64,000 nt of DNA from Candidatus Babeliales bacterium (GTDB lineage: Bacteria > Vulcanimicrobiota > Vulcanimicrobiia > Vulcanimicrobiales > Vulcanimicrobiaceae), in assembly GCA_035654155.1 (NCBI GenBank), contig DASRXM010000016.1, positions 10,924 through 74,923 of the forward strand, in the 5' to 3' direction. Below, piece by piece: positions 1-9,291 of this stretch. Each line of letters begins with the position of its first letter. Within the stretch, counting starts at the first letter, position 1. Under the pieces are notes generated by a model that did not search any database, was not told the DNA's origin, and was given only the letters and a program-made list of their open reading frames with translations. The position numbers were made by a program, and so were the translations under genes.

Positions 1-975
1 CTCTACGAGCAAGCCGGTGCCTCGTTCGCCGACGATGCGGCATCGCTTACCGATGGCGCCGCCGCCGTCGTGACGGTGGGACGACCGAGCGAGGAGGTGC
101 TGGCGGCGTTGCGCGCCGGAACCGTCGTCGTCGGCTTTTTGAATCCGCTCGGCGATCCGGCTTTCGTCGAACGTCTCGCCGGCGCGCAGCTTACGGCGCT
201 TGCGATGGAAATGATTCCCCGCATCACACGCGCGCAGTCGATGGACGCGCTCTCCTCGCAGAGCAACATCGCCGGATACAAAGCGGTCTTGCTCGCCGCA
301 TCCGCGTTGCCGAAATTCTTTCCGATGCTGACCACCGCGGCCGGCACGATCGCTCCTGCGAAGCTCCTGGTGCTCGGCGCAGGCGTCGCAGGATTGCAGG
401 CGATCGCGACCGCGCGCCGGCTGGGCGCGGTCGTCAGCGGCTACGACGTTCGCGCGGTCGTCAAAGAACAAGTGCTGTCGCTGGGCGCAAGCTTTCTCGC
501 GTTCGATCTGGGCGGCGATGCCGAGGGCGCGGGCGGATACGCGAAGGAGCTGACGCCCGAGCAGCAAGAGCGGCAACGCGCTTGGATGGTCGAGCAGATC
601 GGCGCCAACGACGTGGTGATAACGACCGCGCTCGTCCCTGGTCGCAAGGCGCCCATCCTCATCACGCAAACCGCGGTCGCGGCGATGAAGCCCGGGAGCG
701 TCATCGTCGATCTCGCTGCCGAGGCCGGTGGGAACTGTGCGCTCACCGTTCCCGACCAAGTCGTCACGACGCCCAACGGCGTAACGATCGTCGGTACCAC
801 TAATTTGCCGAGTACGATGCCCGCCGATGCAAGCCGGCTTTACTCGCGCAACGTGTACGCGCTGCTCTCCCCCTGGATTGCGGACGGTGAGCTGCGGATC
901 GATCCCGACGACGACGTGGCAAAGGGCGCGCTGGTCGCGCGCGCGGGAAGCGTTTTAATCGGAGCCGGATCGTGA
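1..975 (+). CDS. pntAA: NAD(P) transhydrogenase alpha subunit, soluble NAD(H)-binding part (PntAA); 5' end cut by window edge
   Basis: Frame 1 is open from nt 1 (LYEQAGASF...) and continuous with track ORF 70..975. It has PNT/alanine-dehydrogenase-like stretches (EMIPRITRAQSMDALSSQSNIAGYKAV; Rossmann VLGAGVAGLQAIATARRLGA). GTGA overlap with the next gene. Confidence 0.9.
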   Translation, partial: LYEQAGASFADDAASLTDGAAAVVTVGRPSEEVLAALRAGTVVVGFLNPLGDPAFVERLAGAQLTALAMEMIPRITRAQSMDALSSQSNIAGYKAVLLAASALPKFFPMLTTAAGTIAPAKLLVLGAGVAGLQAIATARRLGAVVSGYDVRAVVKEQVLSLGASFLAFDLGGDAEGAGGYAKELTPEQQERQRAWMVEQIGANDVVITTALVPGRKAPILITQTAVAAMKPGSVIVDLAAEAGGNCALTVPDQVVTTPNGVTIVGTTNLPSTMPADASRLYSRNVYALLSPWIADGELRIDPDDDVAKGALVARAGSVLIGAGS

Positions 976-1283
976 CCGACGTCGCGCACCTCATCGAGCT
1001 TCTCACGGTGCTCCTGCTGGCGGTCTTCGTTGGATTCGAAGTGATATCCAAGGTGCCGACAACGCTCCACACGCCCTTGATGTCGGCGACCAACGCCATC
1101 CACGGCATCGTGCTGGCCGGCGCCATCGTAGCCGTAGCTCGGCTGTTTGGAGGCAGCGCCGGCGGCGCGCTGACGATTCTTGCAATTGCGGCCGTCACGC
1201 TCGGCGCGATCAACGTTTTCGGCGGCTTCGCCGTGACCGAACGCATGCTCCAGATGTTCAAGCGCAAGGAGCCCGGCAAGTGA
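972..1283 (+). CDS. pntAB: NAD(P) transhydrogenase alpha subunit, membrane part (PntAB)
   Basis: 103-aa hydrophobic protein (TPLMSATNAIHGIVLAGAI) between PntAA and PntB, with GTGA overlaps at both ends. This is the classic split-alpha pnt layout. Confidence 0.9.
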   Translation: MTDVAHLIELLTVLLLAVFVGFEVISKVPTTLHTPLMSATNAIHGIVLAGAIVAVARLFGGSAGGALTILAIAAVTLGAINVFGGFAVTERMLQMFKRKEPGK

Positions 1284-2677
1284 CCGCGACGGCAATCGGA
1301 ACGTCGCTGGCGGATCTGGTTGCGATCGCGCTCTTCATCTACGGACTCCACGAGCTGAACTCACCGGCCACGGCTCGCCGAGGAAACCGCTTTGCGATGG
1401 CCGGCATGGCCATCGCGCTCGTTTCGATCCTTGTTGCAACGTCGGCGGTTGGCTGGTGGGCAGTCGCGATCGGCGTCGCAATCGGCGCGATCGTCGGAAT
1501 CTACGCGGCCCTCAAAGTGAAGATGACCGCGATGCCGCAAATGGTCGCGTTGTACAACGGCGCCGGCGGGGGCGCCGCCGCTTTGATTGCGGTAGTTCAA
1601 TTCTTCATCGCGAGCTCGAACGAGCTCGATCCGGTCGTGGCCGTTTCGCTCGTGCTCTCCGCGATCATCGGCTCGATCAGCTTTGCCGGATCGATTATCG
1701 CGTTTTTGAAGCTGCAGGAAGTGATGACCGGACGGCCGGTCACCTATCCGGGCCAGCAAATCGTCAACGCCGCGGTGCTGGTGGCGATTCTCGGCTTGGC
1801 GGGATGGTTCGTCGCAACGCTCGGAACGCTGCCGGCTTGGGCGTTTTTAACACTGCTGGGCGCGGCGCTGCTGCTCGGCTTGCTTTTCGTCCTGCCGATC
1901 GGCGGCGCCGACATGCCGGTCGTCATCTCGCTGCTCAACTCGTTTACCGGCGTTGCGGTCGCGATCGCAGGATTCGAGCTGGATTCGACGCTGCTCATTA
2001 TCTGCGGAGCGCTGGTCGGCGCCAGCGGCACGATTCTGACGATCGCAATGAGCAAAGCGATGAACCGTCCGCTCACCAACGTGCTCTTCGGCGCGTTCGG
2101 CGCTGCGGGCGGCATAGAACCGGCAACCGCAGGAGGCGGACCGCAGCAGATCCGCAGCACCAGCGCCGACGACGTTGCGGTGATGCTCGCGTACGCGTCG
2201 AAAGTAATTTTCGTTCCCGGTTACGGAATGGCCGTAGCGCAGGCCCAGCACAGCGTAAAGGCGCTCGCCGACCAGCTCGAAAAGCGCGGCGTCAAGGTGC
2301 TGTACGCGATTCACCCGGTTGCAGGGCGCATGCCCGGCCACATGAACGTTTTGCTTGCCGAAGCCAACGTGCCATACAATCAACTGCTCGACATGGAAGA
2401 CGTGAACCCGGAGTTTCCGACCGCCGAGGTCGCGCTGGTCGTCGGCGCCAATGACGTGACCAATCCGGCCGCCCGCAACGTGGTCACTTCGCCGATCTAT
2501 GGCATGCCGATCCTGGACGTCGATAAAGCCTCGAACGTCGTCGTGCTCAAGCGCTCGATGCGCTCCGGCTTTGCGGGCATCGAAAACCCGCTCTACGAGA
2601 TGCCGAACACCTCGATGCTGTTCGGCGACGCGAAAGCCTCGGTCGACTCCCTAACCGCAGCAGTTAAAGCCCTTTGA
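1280..2677 (+). CDS. pntB: NAD(P) transhydrogenase beta subunit (PntB)
   Basis: 465 aa. Polytopic N-terminal membrane domain followed by the dIII NADP(H) domain (VIFVPGYGMAVAQAQH, YAIHPVAGRMPGHMNVLLAEA, VVGANDVTNPAA). Confidence 0.95.
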   Translation: MTATAIGTSLADLVAIALFIYGLHELNSPATARRGNRFAMAGMAIALVSILVATSAVGWWAVAIGVAIGAIVGIYAALKVKMTAMPQMVALYNGAGGGAAALIAVVQFFIASSNELDPVVAVSLVLSAIIGSISFAGSIIAFLKLQEVMTGRPVTYPGQQIVNAAVLVAILGLAGWFVATLGTLPAWAFLTLLGAALLLGLLFVLPIGGADMPVVISLLNSFTGVAVAIAGFELDSTLLIICGALVGASGTILTIAMSKAMNRPLTNVLFGAFGAAGGIEPATAGGGPQQIRSTSADDVAVMLAYASKVIFVPGYGMAVAQAQHSVKALADQLEKRGVKVLYAIHPVAGRMPGHMNVLLAEANVPYNQLLDMEDVNPEFPTAEVALVVGANDVTNPAARNVVTSPIYGMPILDVDKASNVVVLKRSMRSGFAGIENPLYEMPNTSMLFGDAKASVDSLTAAVKAL

Positions 2678-2678
2678 C

Positions 2679-2768
2679 CCCAAGTCGAAATTCGCTCGGG
2701 GTATGCCGCCTCGCTAATTTTCAGGTTAATCGCTCGGCCAGCATACCCGCTCGCGAATTTTACTTGGG
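2679..2768. repeat. Imperfect ~28-nt inverted repeat (long hairpin) between convergent pntB and the RND pump gene; possible bidirectional terminator
   Basis: Left arm cccaagtcgaaattcgctcggggtatgc (2679-2706). Right arm gcatacccgctcgcgaattttacttggg (2741-2768). The arms are complementary except for a few mismatches and 1-nt bulges. There is no clean U-tract. Confidence 0.4.
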
Positions 2769-2777
2769 CGAGAGGGA

Positions 2778-5700
2778 TTAAGGAGAGACCAGCGGCGGTG
2801 GTTCGGAAAGTGGTGGCGGCGGCAGCTTGGAGCTCGGCGGGGCGGAGCGCTTCTTGCGTTCGGTGAGCTCGACCACAACGATGTAGAGCACCGGTACGAT
2901 CGCCAAATTCATGACCGTCGACACCAGCATTCCTCCGAGCACCGCGGTGCCCAGCGAGATGCGCGATTGCGCGCCGTCACCGTGCGCAAAGGCGAGCGGA
3001 ATGATTCCCAGGATAAAGGCAATCGACGTCATCAAGATCGGGCGCAATCGGGTAGCGGCCGCGTGCGCCACCGCCTCGACGGCTTCCATCCCTTGCTCCC
3101 GAAGCTGATTGGCGAACTCGACGATCAAGATCGCGTTCTTCGCCGCCAAACCGATGAGCATCACGTATCCGATCTGCGCGTAGATGTCCGACGATGTGAT
3201 CGGTATCGGGACGGGGTGCCCCGCTAAGATCGAGTGCACGATCTGGCTCAGCAGCTCGGCGAGCCGCCGGATATAGATCGCGCCGATCGCTCCCAGCAGC
3301 GCCACCGGAACCGCCAGCATAATGACGAACGGCGTGGATAGGCTTTCGTATTGCGCGACGAGCACGAGAAAGACGAAGAGCAGGCCCATTGCGAAAACGG
3401 CGACCGTTTGCGGGCCGCTCTGTACTTGCTGACGCGCGATGCCGCTCCATTCGTAGCCCATCCCCTTAGGGAGATTCGCCTGTACGTGACGCTGGATGGC
3501 CGCCAGCGCTTGACCCGAGCTCGCTTGGCTTCCCGGCGCGCCGTCGATCTCGAGCGCGTCGTACTCGTTGAAGCGCGAGATCGCCACGTTATTCGTCGCC
3601 ATTTTGGTAGTGAGGAACTGGCTCACGGGCATCATGTTGCCCGCGCCGTTCTGCACGTAAATGCGCGAAAGGTCGGCGGCTGAGGTCCGCTGGCCCGCGC
3701 CGGCTTGCAGCACCACTTGATACGAGCGGGTTCCGTAATCGAAGAAGTTCACGAACGTCGAGCCCGTCGTGCCGTTGATCGTGTCGAAAAACGCGGTGGG
3801 CGTCACGCCGAACGCAAGGGCTTTGGACCGGTCGAATTCGGTAACCAAGTACGTGCCCGTAAAGATGGTCGGGAGGCGCACCGCAGAGAGCGTGGGATCT
3901 TTGCGCGCCTCGGTCAGGATCGCGTTGCCGACGCGATTGAGCGTCGGCAGACCAAGGTTATTGATATCCTCGACTTGGATGGCAAAGCCGCCCGTCGTTC
4001 CCAAGCCCGGAATGGCGGGCGGGTTCGCCGGCAGTGCGACTACTCCGGGAATCTTTTGAAAGCGCGTGTACAACGCGTACTGAATCGCAAGCGAGGAATT
4101 CTGCGGACCGTGGCGTTCGGAGAGCGGTTTAAGCTGGAGGAAGATCGTGGCTTGGTTCGAGCTGTTGTTGGCGAAGCCGAAGCCGATGCCCGAAGTAGCC
4201 GCTTCCACTTGAGGCATCGCGAGCATGATGCCCTCGAGCTTCTTCACCGCGGCGGTCGTCTGGTCCATCGATGACGCAACCGGCAGCGTCACCAAAACGT
4301 AGAGCAGACTCTGATCTTCGTTGGGAAGAAAGCCCGACGGCGTAATTTTGAACATGACTCCGAGCAGCGCGATCGCACCGACGAAGACGGCGATCATGAG
4401 CTTCTGCCGGCGGATTAGCACCGGCACTTTGGACTGGTACCACGCCGTGGTCGCGTGGATGCGGTCGTTGAACCACACCATGAAGCGATTGGTCGGAGGT
4501 TCGGTCCCGTGCACGAGCTCGTAGGTGAGCACCGGCGCCAAGGTCATCGCCGTGAAGAGCGAGATGCCGATCGATGCTGCCATGGTGAGCGCGAACTGCT
4601 GAAAAAGCAGACCCGTCGTGCCCGGAAGGAACGCGACCGGGATAAAGACCGACATCAGCACCAGCGACGTCGCGACGACGGCGCCACCGATCTCCCTCAT
4701 GGCCCGTGCCGTTGCCTGGAACGGACTGGTCTTATCGTCGACGATATGGCGCACGATGTTTTCAAGCACGACGATCGCATCGTCGACGACCAGACCCGTC
4801 GCCAGAGTCAAGCCGAAGAGCGTGAGCGTGTTGATCGAAAAGCCCAGCAGCTTCAGCGCGGCAAACGTGCCGATCAGCGATACCGGAATCGTGATCGACG
4901 GAATGAGCGTGCTGCGCCAGTTTTGGAGGAAGACGAAGATGACCAGCACGACCAGCAGAATGGCGATGAAGAGCGTGACGATGACTTCCTTGATCGAGTC
5001 GCGCACGAAGTCCGACGTATCGAATGCAATCTTGTACGCGTAGCCCGCCGGCATGGTCTGCGCGATCTGCTCCATCGCCGCCCGTACGTTCTTCGAGATC
5101 TGCAGCGAGTTCGCGGTCGGCTCGCCCTCGATCGCCAGAACGACGGCCGTCTGCCCGTTGTAACGCGCCGACGTGACGTAGTTTTGCGCTCCCAGCTCGA
5201 CCTTCGCGACGTCACCAAGGCGCAGATAGCCACCGTTGGGCTGCGCCGTAATGACGATCTGTTTGAACTCTTGCGGCGATTGCAGCCGGCCGTTGATCGA
5301 GATCGGAATCTGAAACGGCTGCGAGCCGGTCGTGGGCGGCTGGCCGATCGAGCCCGGCGCCACATCGGCATTGTTTTGACGGATCGCATTGAGCAGCGTG
5401 TCAATCGAAACGTTATTGGCCTCGAGCTTATGCGGGTCGACCCAGATTCGCATCCCGTAGGTGCGATCGCCGAGAACCTCGACCTGACCGACGCCTGGGA
5501 CGCGCTTGAGGTTTTCGATCACGTTCAGGTCGGCGTAATTGCTCACGTCGATGTCGGAGACGGCGGAGCTGGTGGACAGCATCGCGACGGCGATCGTGAT
5601 GTTTCCCGAGCTCTTCTGGACGCTCACGCCCTGGTTTTGGACGGCCGTGGGAAGCTGCGACAGCGTCAAGTCGACGCCGTGCTGCACGTTGGTCTGGTCG

Positions 5701-6005
5701 GTCGTCGGATCGGTCCCCAGCGCGAAGGTGCAGGTGATCACGCTCGTGCCGTTAGCGCTGGAATACGATTGCATGTACTGCAGGCCGTCGGCGCCGTTGA
5801 TGTTGATCTCGAGCGGCGTCGTTACCGAGCGCATCACCATCTCCGCGGTTGCGCCCGGGTATTGCGACGTCACGGTCACGGTGGGCGGCGATATTTGCGG
5901 ATACTGCGCGACCGGCAGCGTCGGAATGGTGATCAAGCCTGCCAGCAGGACGACGAAGCTCAGGACTCCGGCAAAGAGCGGACGGCGAAGGAAAAATTCA
6001 ATCAC
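2778..6005 (-). CDS. RND (AcrB/HAE1-type) efflux transporter, inner-membrane component
   Basis: Track ORF 2778..6134 trimmed to the GTG at 6005, which gives VIEFFLRRPLFAG..., a canonical AcrB-family N-terminus. About 1075 aa with 12-TM RND architecture and two large periplasmic loops. Pro-rich C-terminal tail (KLPPPPLSEPPPLVSP). Confidence 0.9.
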   Translation of the reverse strand: MIEFFLRRPLFAGVLSFVVLLAGLITIPTLPVAQYPQISPPTVTVTSQYPGATAEMVMRSVTTPLEININGADGLQYMQSYSSANGTSVITCTFALGTDPTTDQTNVQHGVDLTLSQLPTAVQNQGVSVQKSSGNITIAVAMLSTSSAVSDIDVSNYADLNVIENLKRVPGVGQVEVLGDRTYGMRIWVDPHKLEANNVSIDTLLNAIRQNNADVAPGSIGQPPTTGSQPFQIPISINGRLQSPQEFKQIVITAQPNGGYLRLGDVAKVELGAQNYVTSARYNGQTAVVLAIEGEPTANSLQISKNVRAAMEQIAQTMPAGYAYKIAFDTSDFVRDSIKEVIVTLFIAILLVVLVIFVFLQNWRSTLIPSITIPVSLIGTFAALKLLGFSINTLTLFGLTLATGLVVDDAIVVLENIVRHIVDDKTSPFQATARAMREIGGAVVATSLVLMSVFIPVAFLPGTTGLLFQQFALTMAASIGISLFTAMTLAPVLTYELVHGTEPPTNRFMVWFNDRIHATTAWYQSKVPVLIRRQKLMIAVFVGAIALLGVMFKITPSGFLPNEDQSLLYVLVTLPVASSMDQTTAAVKKLEGIMLAMPQVEAATSGIGFGFANNSSNQATIFLQLKPLSERHGPQNSSLAIQYALYTRFQKIPGVVALPANPPAIPGLGTTGGFAIQVEDINNLGLPTLNRVGNAILTEARKDPTLSAVRLPTIFTGTYLVTEFDRSKALAFGVTPTAFFDTINGTTGSTFVNFFDYGTRSYQVVLQAGAGQRTSAADLSRIYVQNGAGNMMPVSQFLTTKMATNNVAISRFNEYDALEIDGAPGSQASSGQALAAIQRHVQANLPKGMGYEWSGIARQQVQSGPQTVAVFAMGLLFVFLVLVAQYESLSTPFVIMLAVPVALLGAIGAIYIRRLAELLSQIVHSILAGHPVPIPITSSDIYAQIGYVMLIGLAAKNAILIVEFANQLREQGMEAVEAVAHAAATRLRPILMTSIAFILGIIPLAFAHGDGAQSRISLGTAVLGGMLVSTVMNLAIVPVLYIVVVELTERKKRSAPPSSKLPPPPLSEPPPLVSP

Positions 6006-6033
6006 GAGCCGGCTACCGCAAGCGCGCTCATCG

Positions 6034-7737
6034 TCAGCCGTGCGTTCGCGCGTTATCCGTCCGAATTCCTGGCCCGCGGTCGGGCAGGCGCCACTGATAA
6101 GAATTCCACGTCGGCAGGAACGCGTTGGGCGCAAATCCGCGCAACCGCTTTCGATACGCGTAGACGTAGTCGGCGTTGAAAAGGTAGAGAATAGGCACTT
6201 GGTCGGCGACGATCCGTCCGATTTGCGCGTAGATACGCTTGCGCGCGGCGGGCAGCGTTTGCGTCAGCGCGGCCTGCTCGAGCCGCTCGACGCGCGAATC
6301 GCACCAGCGCATGTAGTTCGAGGGCGCGCCGCAGGCGAGCACCGCCGAATCGTCGGGGTCGGCGCCCATCGTCCACGGCACGTAAGCAAGATCGAACGCG
6401 CCCTGCGCGAGCACGCCGGTTCGCGGAAGAAAGAGCTGCGCGTTGCTGACCGATTTTATTGAAACCTCGATGCCGCGCTCGCGCAGCGCCGCCTGAACTG
6501 CCGTCGCGACACGCACGCCGGTAGCCGTTTCGGGAAACTGAACGTAGGTGAGGCGCAGCGGCGTGCCGGCGCGGCGACGCACGCCGTCGGGACCGCGTGG
6601 CCAGCCGGCGCGGTCAAGCAGGTCGTCGGCAGCGTGCGGATCGTACGACGGCTCGCGCACCGACGGGTCGAAGGCCCACGAAAACCTCGGCTGAATCATA
6701 TTCGTCACCGGATAGACGCCGAGCGTGATTTTGCGCGAGATCGCCTCGCGATCGATCGACATCGCAAGCGCCCGCCGAATTCGCGCGTCGCTCACCGGCC
6801 GATGCTCGGTATTGAAAGCGAGCCCCGCGACGACCGCGGTCGGCACGCGCACGAACGCAAGCTGCGGATCGCCGCTGACGACGGCGAGCTGTGCGGGCGC
6901 CAGCAGGTTCCAATCCAGCTCACCCGATTGCAACAGCAATAGATTTGTCGTCGGGTCGGGGATCGTCCGAACGTCGAGCGTTTCGACGCGCGGCTTTCCG
7001 CGCCAATATCGAGGATTGGCAGCGTACCGCAATCCTTCACCGCGCCTCCACCAAAGAAACCGGTACGGACCGTCGCCGACGCTGGGCGCGGCGCTAAACG
7101 CACTGTGCTCCAGCGGAGCCTGCGCGCTCAACACGTGGGCCGGCAACACGAACTGCGCCGATAAGCCGCCGTATGAAAAGTACGTCATGGGCGCCGGCGC
7201 CCAGGCGCGTTTGAGATGAAGGACGACCACCCGCTCACCGATGGCATAGGCTCGGTCGATCAGGTCGTAGCCCGCGTGCGAACGTACCGGATTGCGGGGG
7301 TCGAGGATGGCCCGCAGCGTGAAGAGCACGTCGTGCGCGCTTACCGGCACGCCGTCGCTCCAAGTGACGCCCGTGCGCAAACGGTAGCGAATCGTGCGGC
7401 CGTCCGCGGAGATGCCGCCGTTGCTGCGGGTCGGAAGCTCGGCAAGCAATGCCGGCTGCGCCCGGCCGCCGGCATCAAAGTCGACGAACGGCTCAAAAAC
7501 CAAGCGGGCTGCCTGCTCTTCGACCGACGCGGCATCGGGCGTAAGAAAGAGCGGGTCGAGGTTCCGGGGGTCGGCTGCCAAGTCGAAGCGGACGGCTGAT
7601 ACGGAGGCTCGGTAGGCGGACTGGCCGCACCCGGCCGTGGCGCTCGCGGCCAGCACGATGGCGGCAAGCCATGCCTGCCACCTTGCGCCGAATGGATTTG
7701 TGGTGTTATCCTGGGCAAGCCGAATATTATTCGGCAA
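6034..7737 (-). CDS. ABC-transporter family-5 solute-binding protein (peptide/nickel, DppA/OppA-like), lipoprotein
   Basis: Length and sequence pattern fit SBP_bac_5. Lipobox LAASATAGC. The track start at 7893 would overlap the divergent lrp gene by ~150 nt, so I trimmed to the in-frame TTG at 7737, which is preceded by AGGAGAGG. The start is uncertain. Confidence 0.75.
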   Translation of the reverse strand: MPNNIRLAQDNTTNPFGARWQAWLAAIVLAASATAGCGQSAYRASVSAVRFDLAADPRNLDPLFLTPDAASVEEQAARLVFEPFVDFDAGGRAQPALLAELPTRSNGGISADGRTIRYRLRTGVTWSDGVPVSAHDVLFTLRAILDPRNPVRSHAGYDLIDRAYAIGERVVVLHLKRAWAPAPMTYFSYGGLSAQFVLPAHVLSAQAPLEHSAFSAAPSVGDGPYRFLWWRRGEGLRYAANPRYWRGKPRVETLDVRTIPDPTTNLLLLQSGELDWNLLAPAQLAVVSGDPQLAFVRVPTAVVAGLAFNTEHRPVSDARIRRALAMSIDREAISRKITLGVYPVTNMIQPRFSWAFDPSVREPSYDPHAADDLLDRAGWPRGPDGVRRRAGTPLRLTYVQFPETATGVRVATAVQAALRERGIEVSIKSVSNAQLFLPRTGVLAQGAFDLAYVPWTMGADPDDSAVLACGAPSNYMRWCDSRVERLEQAALTQTLPAARKRIYAQIGRIVADQVPILYLFNADYVYAYRKRLRGFAPNAFLPTWNSYQWRLPDRGPGIRTDNARTHG

Positions 7738-7747
7738 ATCCTCTCCT

Positions 7748-8227
7748 ATGTCGAATATGGTGCTGATCAGCGATGAGCTCGACGAGCTCGATTTGCAACT
7801 GCTCGAGGCGCTGCAACGCAACGCCCGCTCGACCTTTACCGAGCTTGGAGCGATCGTGGGTCTGAAGGCGCCAGCCGTCCACGACCGCGTCAAACGGCTC
7901 GAGCAGCGCGGCTACATCCGTGGCTATTCGGCGCAACTCGACGCCGACCGGCTTGGCTTACACTTAACCGCCTTCATCAGCTGCTACACTTCGCCGGATT
8001 GCACATACGATGATTTTACGCGCCGGTTGAGCGAGATGCCCGAGATCTGCGAAATCCATTCGGTTGCCGGAGAGGAGTCCTTTGTTTGCAAGGTCGTTAC
8101 GCGCTCGACTGCCCATCTCGATGAATTGCTGGCGAGGTTGAAAGCTACGCCCGGGATGGCGCGCACGCGCACCACCGTCGTGTTGAGCGTGCCGTTCGAA
8201 CGCGGCGGTCTCACGGTGCGCTCGTGA
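7748..8227 (+). CDS. Lrp/AsnC-family transcriptional regulator
   Basis: Trimmed to ATG 7748 (MSNMVLISDELDELDLQLLEALQRNARSTFTELG...). HTH_AsnC N-terminus plus a RAM/AsnC_trans_reg C-terminal domain. The TGA overlaps the GTG of the next gene. Confidence 0.85.
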   Translation: MSNMVLISDELDELDLQLLEALQRNARSTFTELGAIVGLKAPAVHDRVKRLEQRGYIRGYSAQLDADRLGLHLTAFISCYTSPDCTYDDFTRRLSEMPEICEIHSVAGEESFVCKVVTRSTAHLDELLARLKATPGMARTRTTVVLSVPFERGGLTVRS

Positions 8228-9291
8228 CGCGCTCGACGTCGCGCTGCCATCCGCTGGGAGCTCACCGCGTGCTCGTGCCCGCAGGCGCCATGCCCCAGGA
8301 TGCGTGGAGGATTGACAATACTCCGATCGCCGGTCCAACCGAGATTCTTTGCGAGGTCGAGGCGCTCAACATCGACTCGGCGTCGTTTCGGCAGCTTCGC
8401 GACTCGTGCGGCAGCGATGCGGAGCGAATCGGGCTGCGGGTTGCCGAAATCGTTGAGGAGCGGGGCAAGCAGCATAATCCGGTCACCGGAAGCGGCGGGA
8501 TGTTCGTCGGCAAGGTTCGCGAGGTCGGCGTCGATCTTTGCGAGCGAGTCGACCTGCGCGCCGGCGATCGCATTGCCTCGCTGGTTTCGCTGACGCTGAC
8601 GCCGTTGTGGATCGACGCAATCGAGAGCGTCGATCTGGTGACCGGACGGATTGGAATCCGCGGAAAGGCCATTCTGTTTGAGAGCGGGCTCTGGGCGCGC
8701 ATTCCGGAGGACATCGACGAAGGCGTCGCGCTGGCCGTGCTCGACGTGGCTGGGGCGCCGGCACAGGTGCGCCGGCTCTGCTCGCCCGGCGACACCGTCG
8801 TGATCGTCGGCGCAGACGGGAAGAGCGGCTTGCTTTCCTGCGCGCAGGCGCAGGATCGCGTTGGCCCGCAGGGCCGCGTGATCGGCATCGTTCCCGACGC
8901 TGCGACCCGCTCGTCGCAGCTGCTGCGCAGCGAGCAGCTGGTGGACGAGCTCGTCGTCGCCGATGCTCGCAATGCGCTCGAAGTGGCCGAGCGGGTCGCG
9001 GCTCTGGCCCCGCAGCTAGCCGATCTGGTCGTCAACTGCGTCAACGTACCGGGAACGGAGCTTGCGTCGATCCTCTGCGCGCGCGACGGCGGGATCGTTT
9101 ACTTCTTTTCGATGTGCACGTCGTTCACTGCCGCTGCGCTGGGAGCCGAAGGCGCCGGCCGCGACGTCAGCATGATGATCGGCAACGGTTATACCAAGGG
9201 GCACGCCGAGATCGCCCTGCAGACGCTGCGTCACCATCCGGCCCTCCAAGACCATTTCAACGTTACTTACGGAACGAGGATACGAGCATGA
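8224..9291 (+). CDS. kdd: L-erythro-3,5-diaminohexanoate dehydrogenase-like protein (Kdd family)
   Basis: 355 aa. The blocks GAHRVLVPAGAMPQ, NPVTGSGGM, KAILFESG, LDVAGAPAQ, YFFSM.TSFT.AALGAEG and GNGYTKGHAE match my recollection of Kdd from lysine-fermenting anaerobes. Translationally coupled to lrp (GTGA) and kamA (ATGA). Confidence 0.65.
   Translation: MTRSTSRCHPLGAHRVLVPAGAMPQDAWRIDNTPIAGPTEILCEVEALNIDSASFRQLRDSCGSDAERIGLRVAEIVEERGKQHNPVTGSGGMFVGKVREVGVDLCERVDLRAGDRIASLVSLTLTPLWIDAIESVDLVTGRIGIRGKAILFESGLWARIPEDIDEGVALAVLDVAGAPAQVRRLCSPGDTVVIVGADGKSGLLSCAQAQDRVGPQGRVIGIVPDAATRSSQLLRSEQLVDELVVADARNALEVAERVAALAPQLADLVVNCVNVPGTELASILCARDGGIVYFFSMCTSFTAAALGAEGAGRDVSMMIGNGYTKGHAEIALQTLRHHPALQDHFNVTYGTRIRA

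Noticed and set aside
4455-6179. 574-aa plus-strand ORF opposite the RND pump. Similar long off-frame ORFs occur at 1456-2454, 12631-13932, 16387-17259, 29415-30860, 37925-39553 and 42313-43338.
   Set aside because: The translations are Arg/Gly/Asp/His-rich low-complexity sequence, as expected for wrong-frame reading of GC-rich DNA. Each lies entirely inside a CDS with clear family signatures on the other strand or in another frame.
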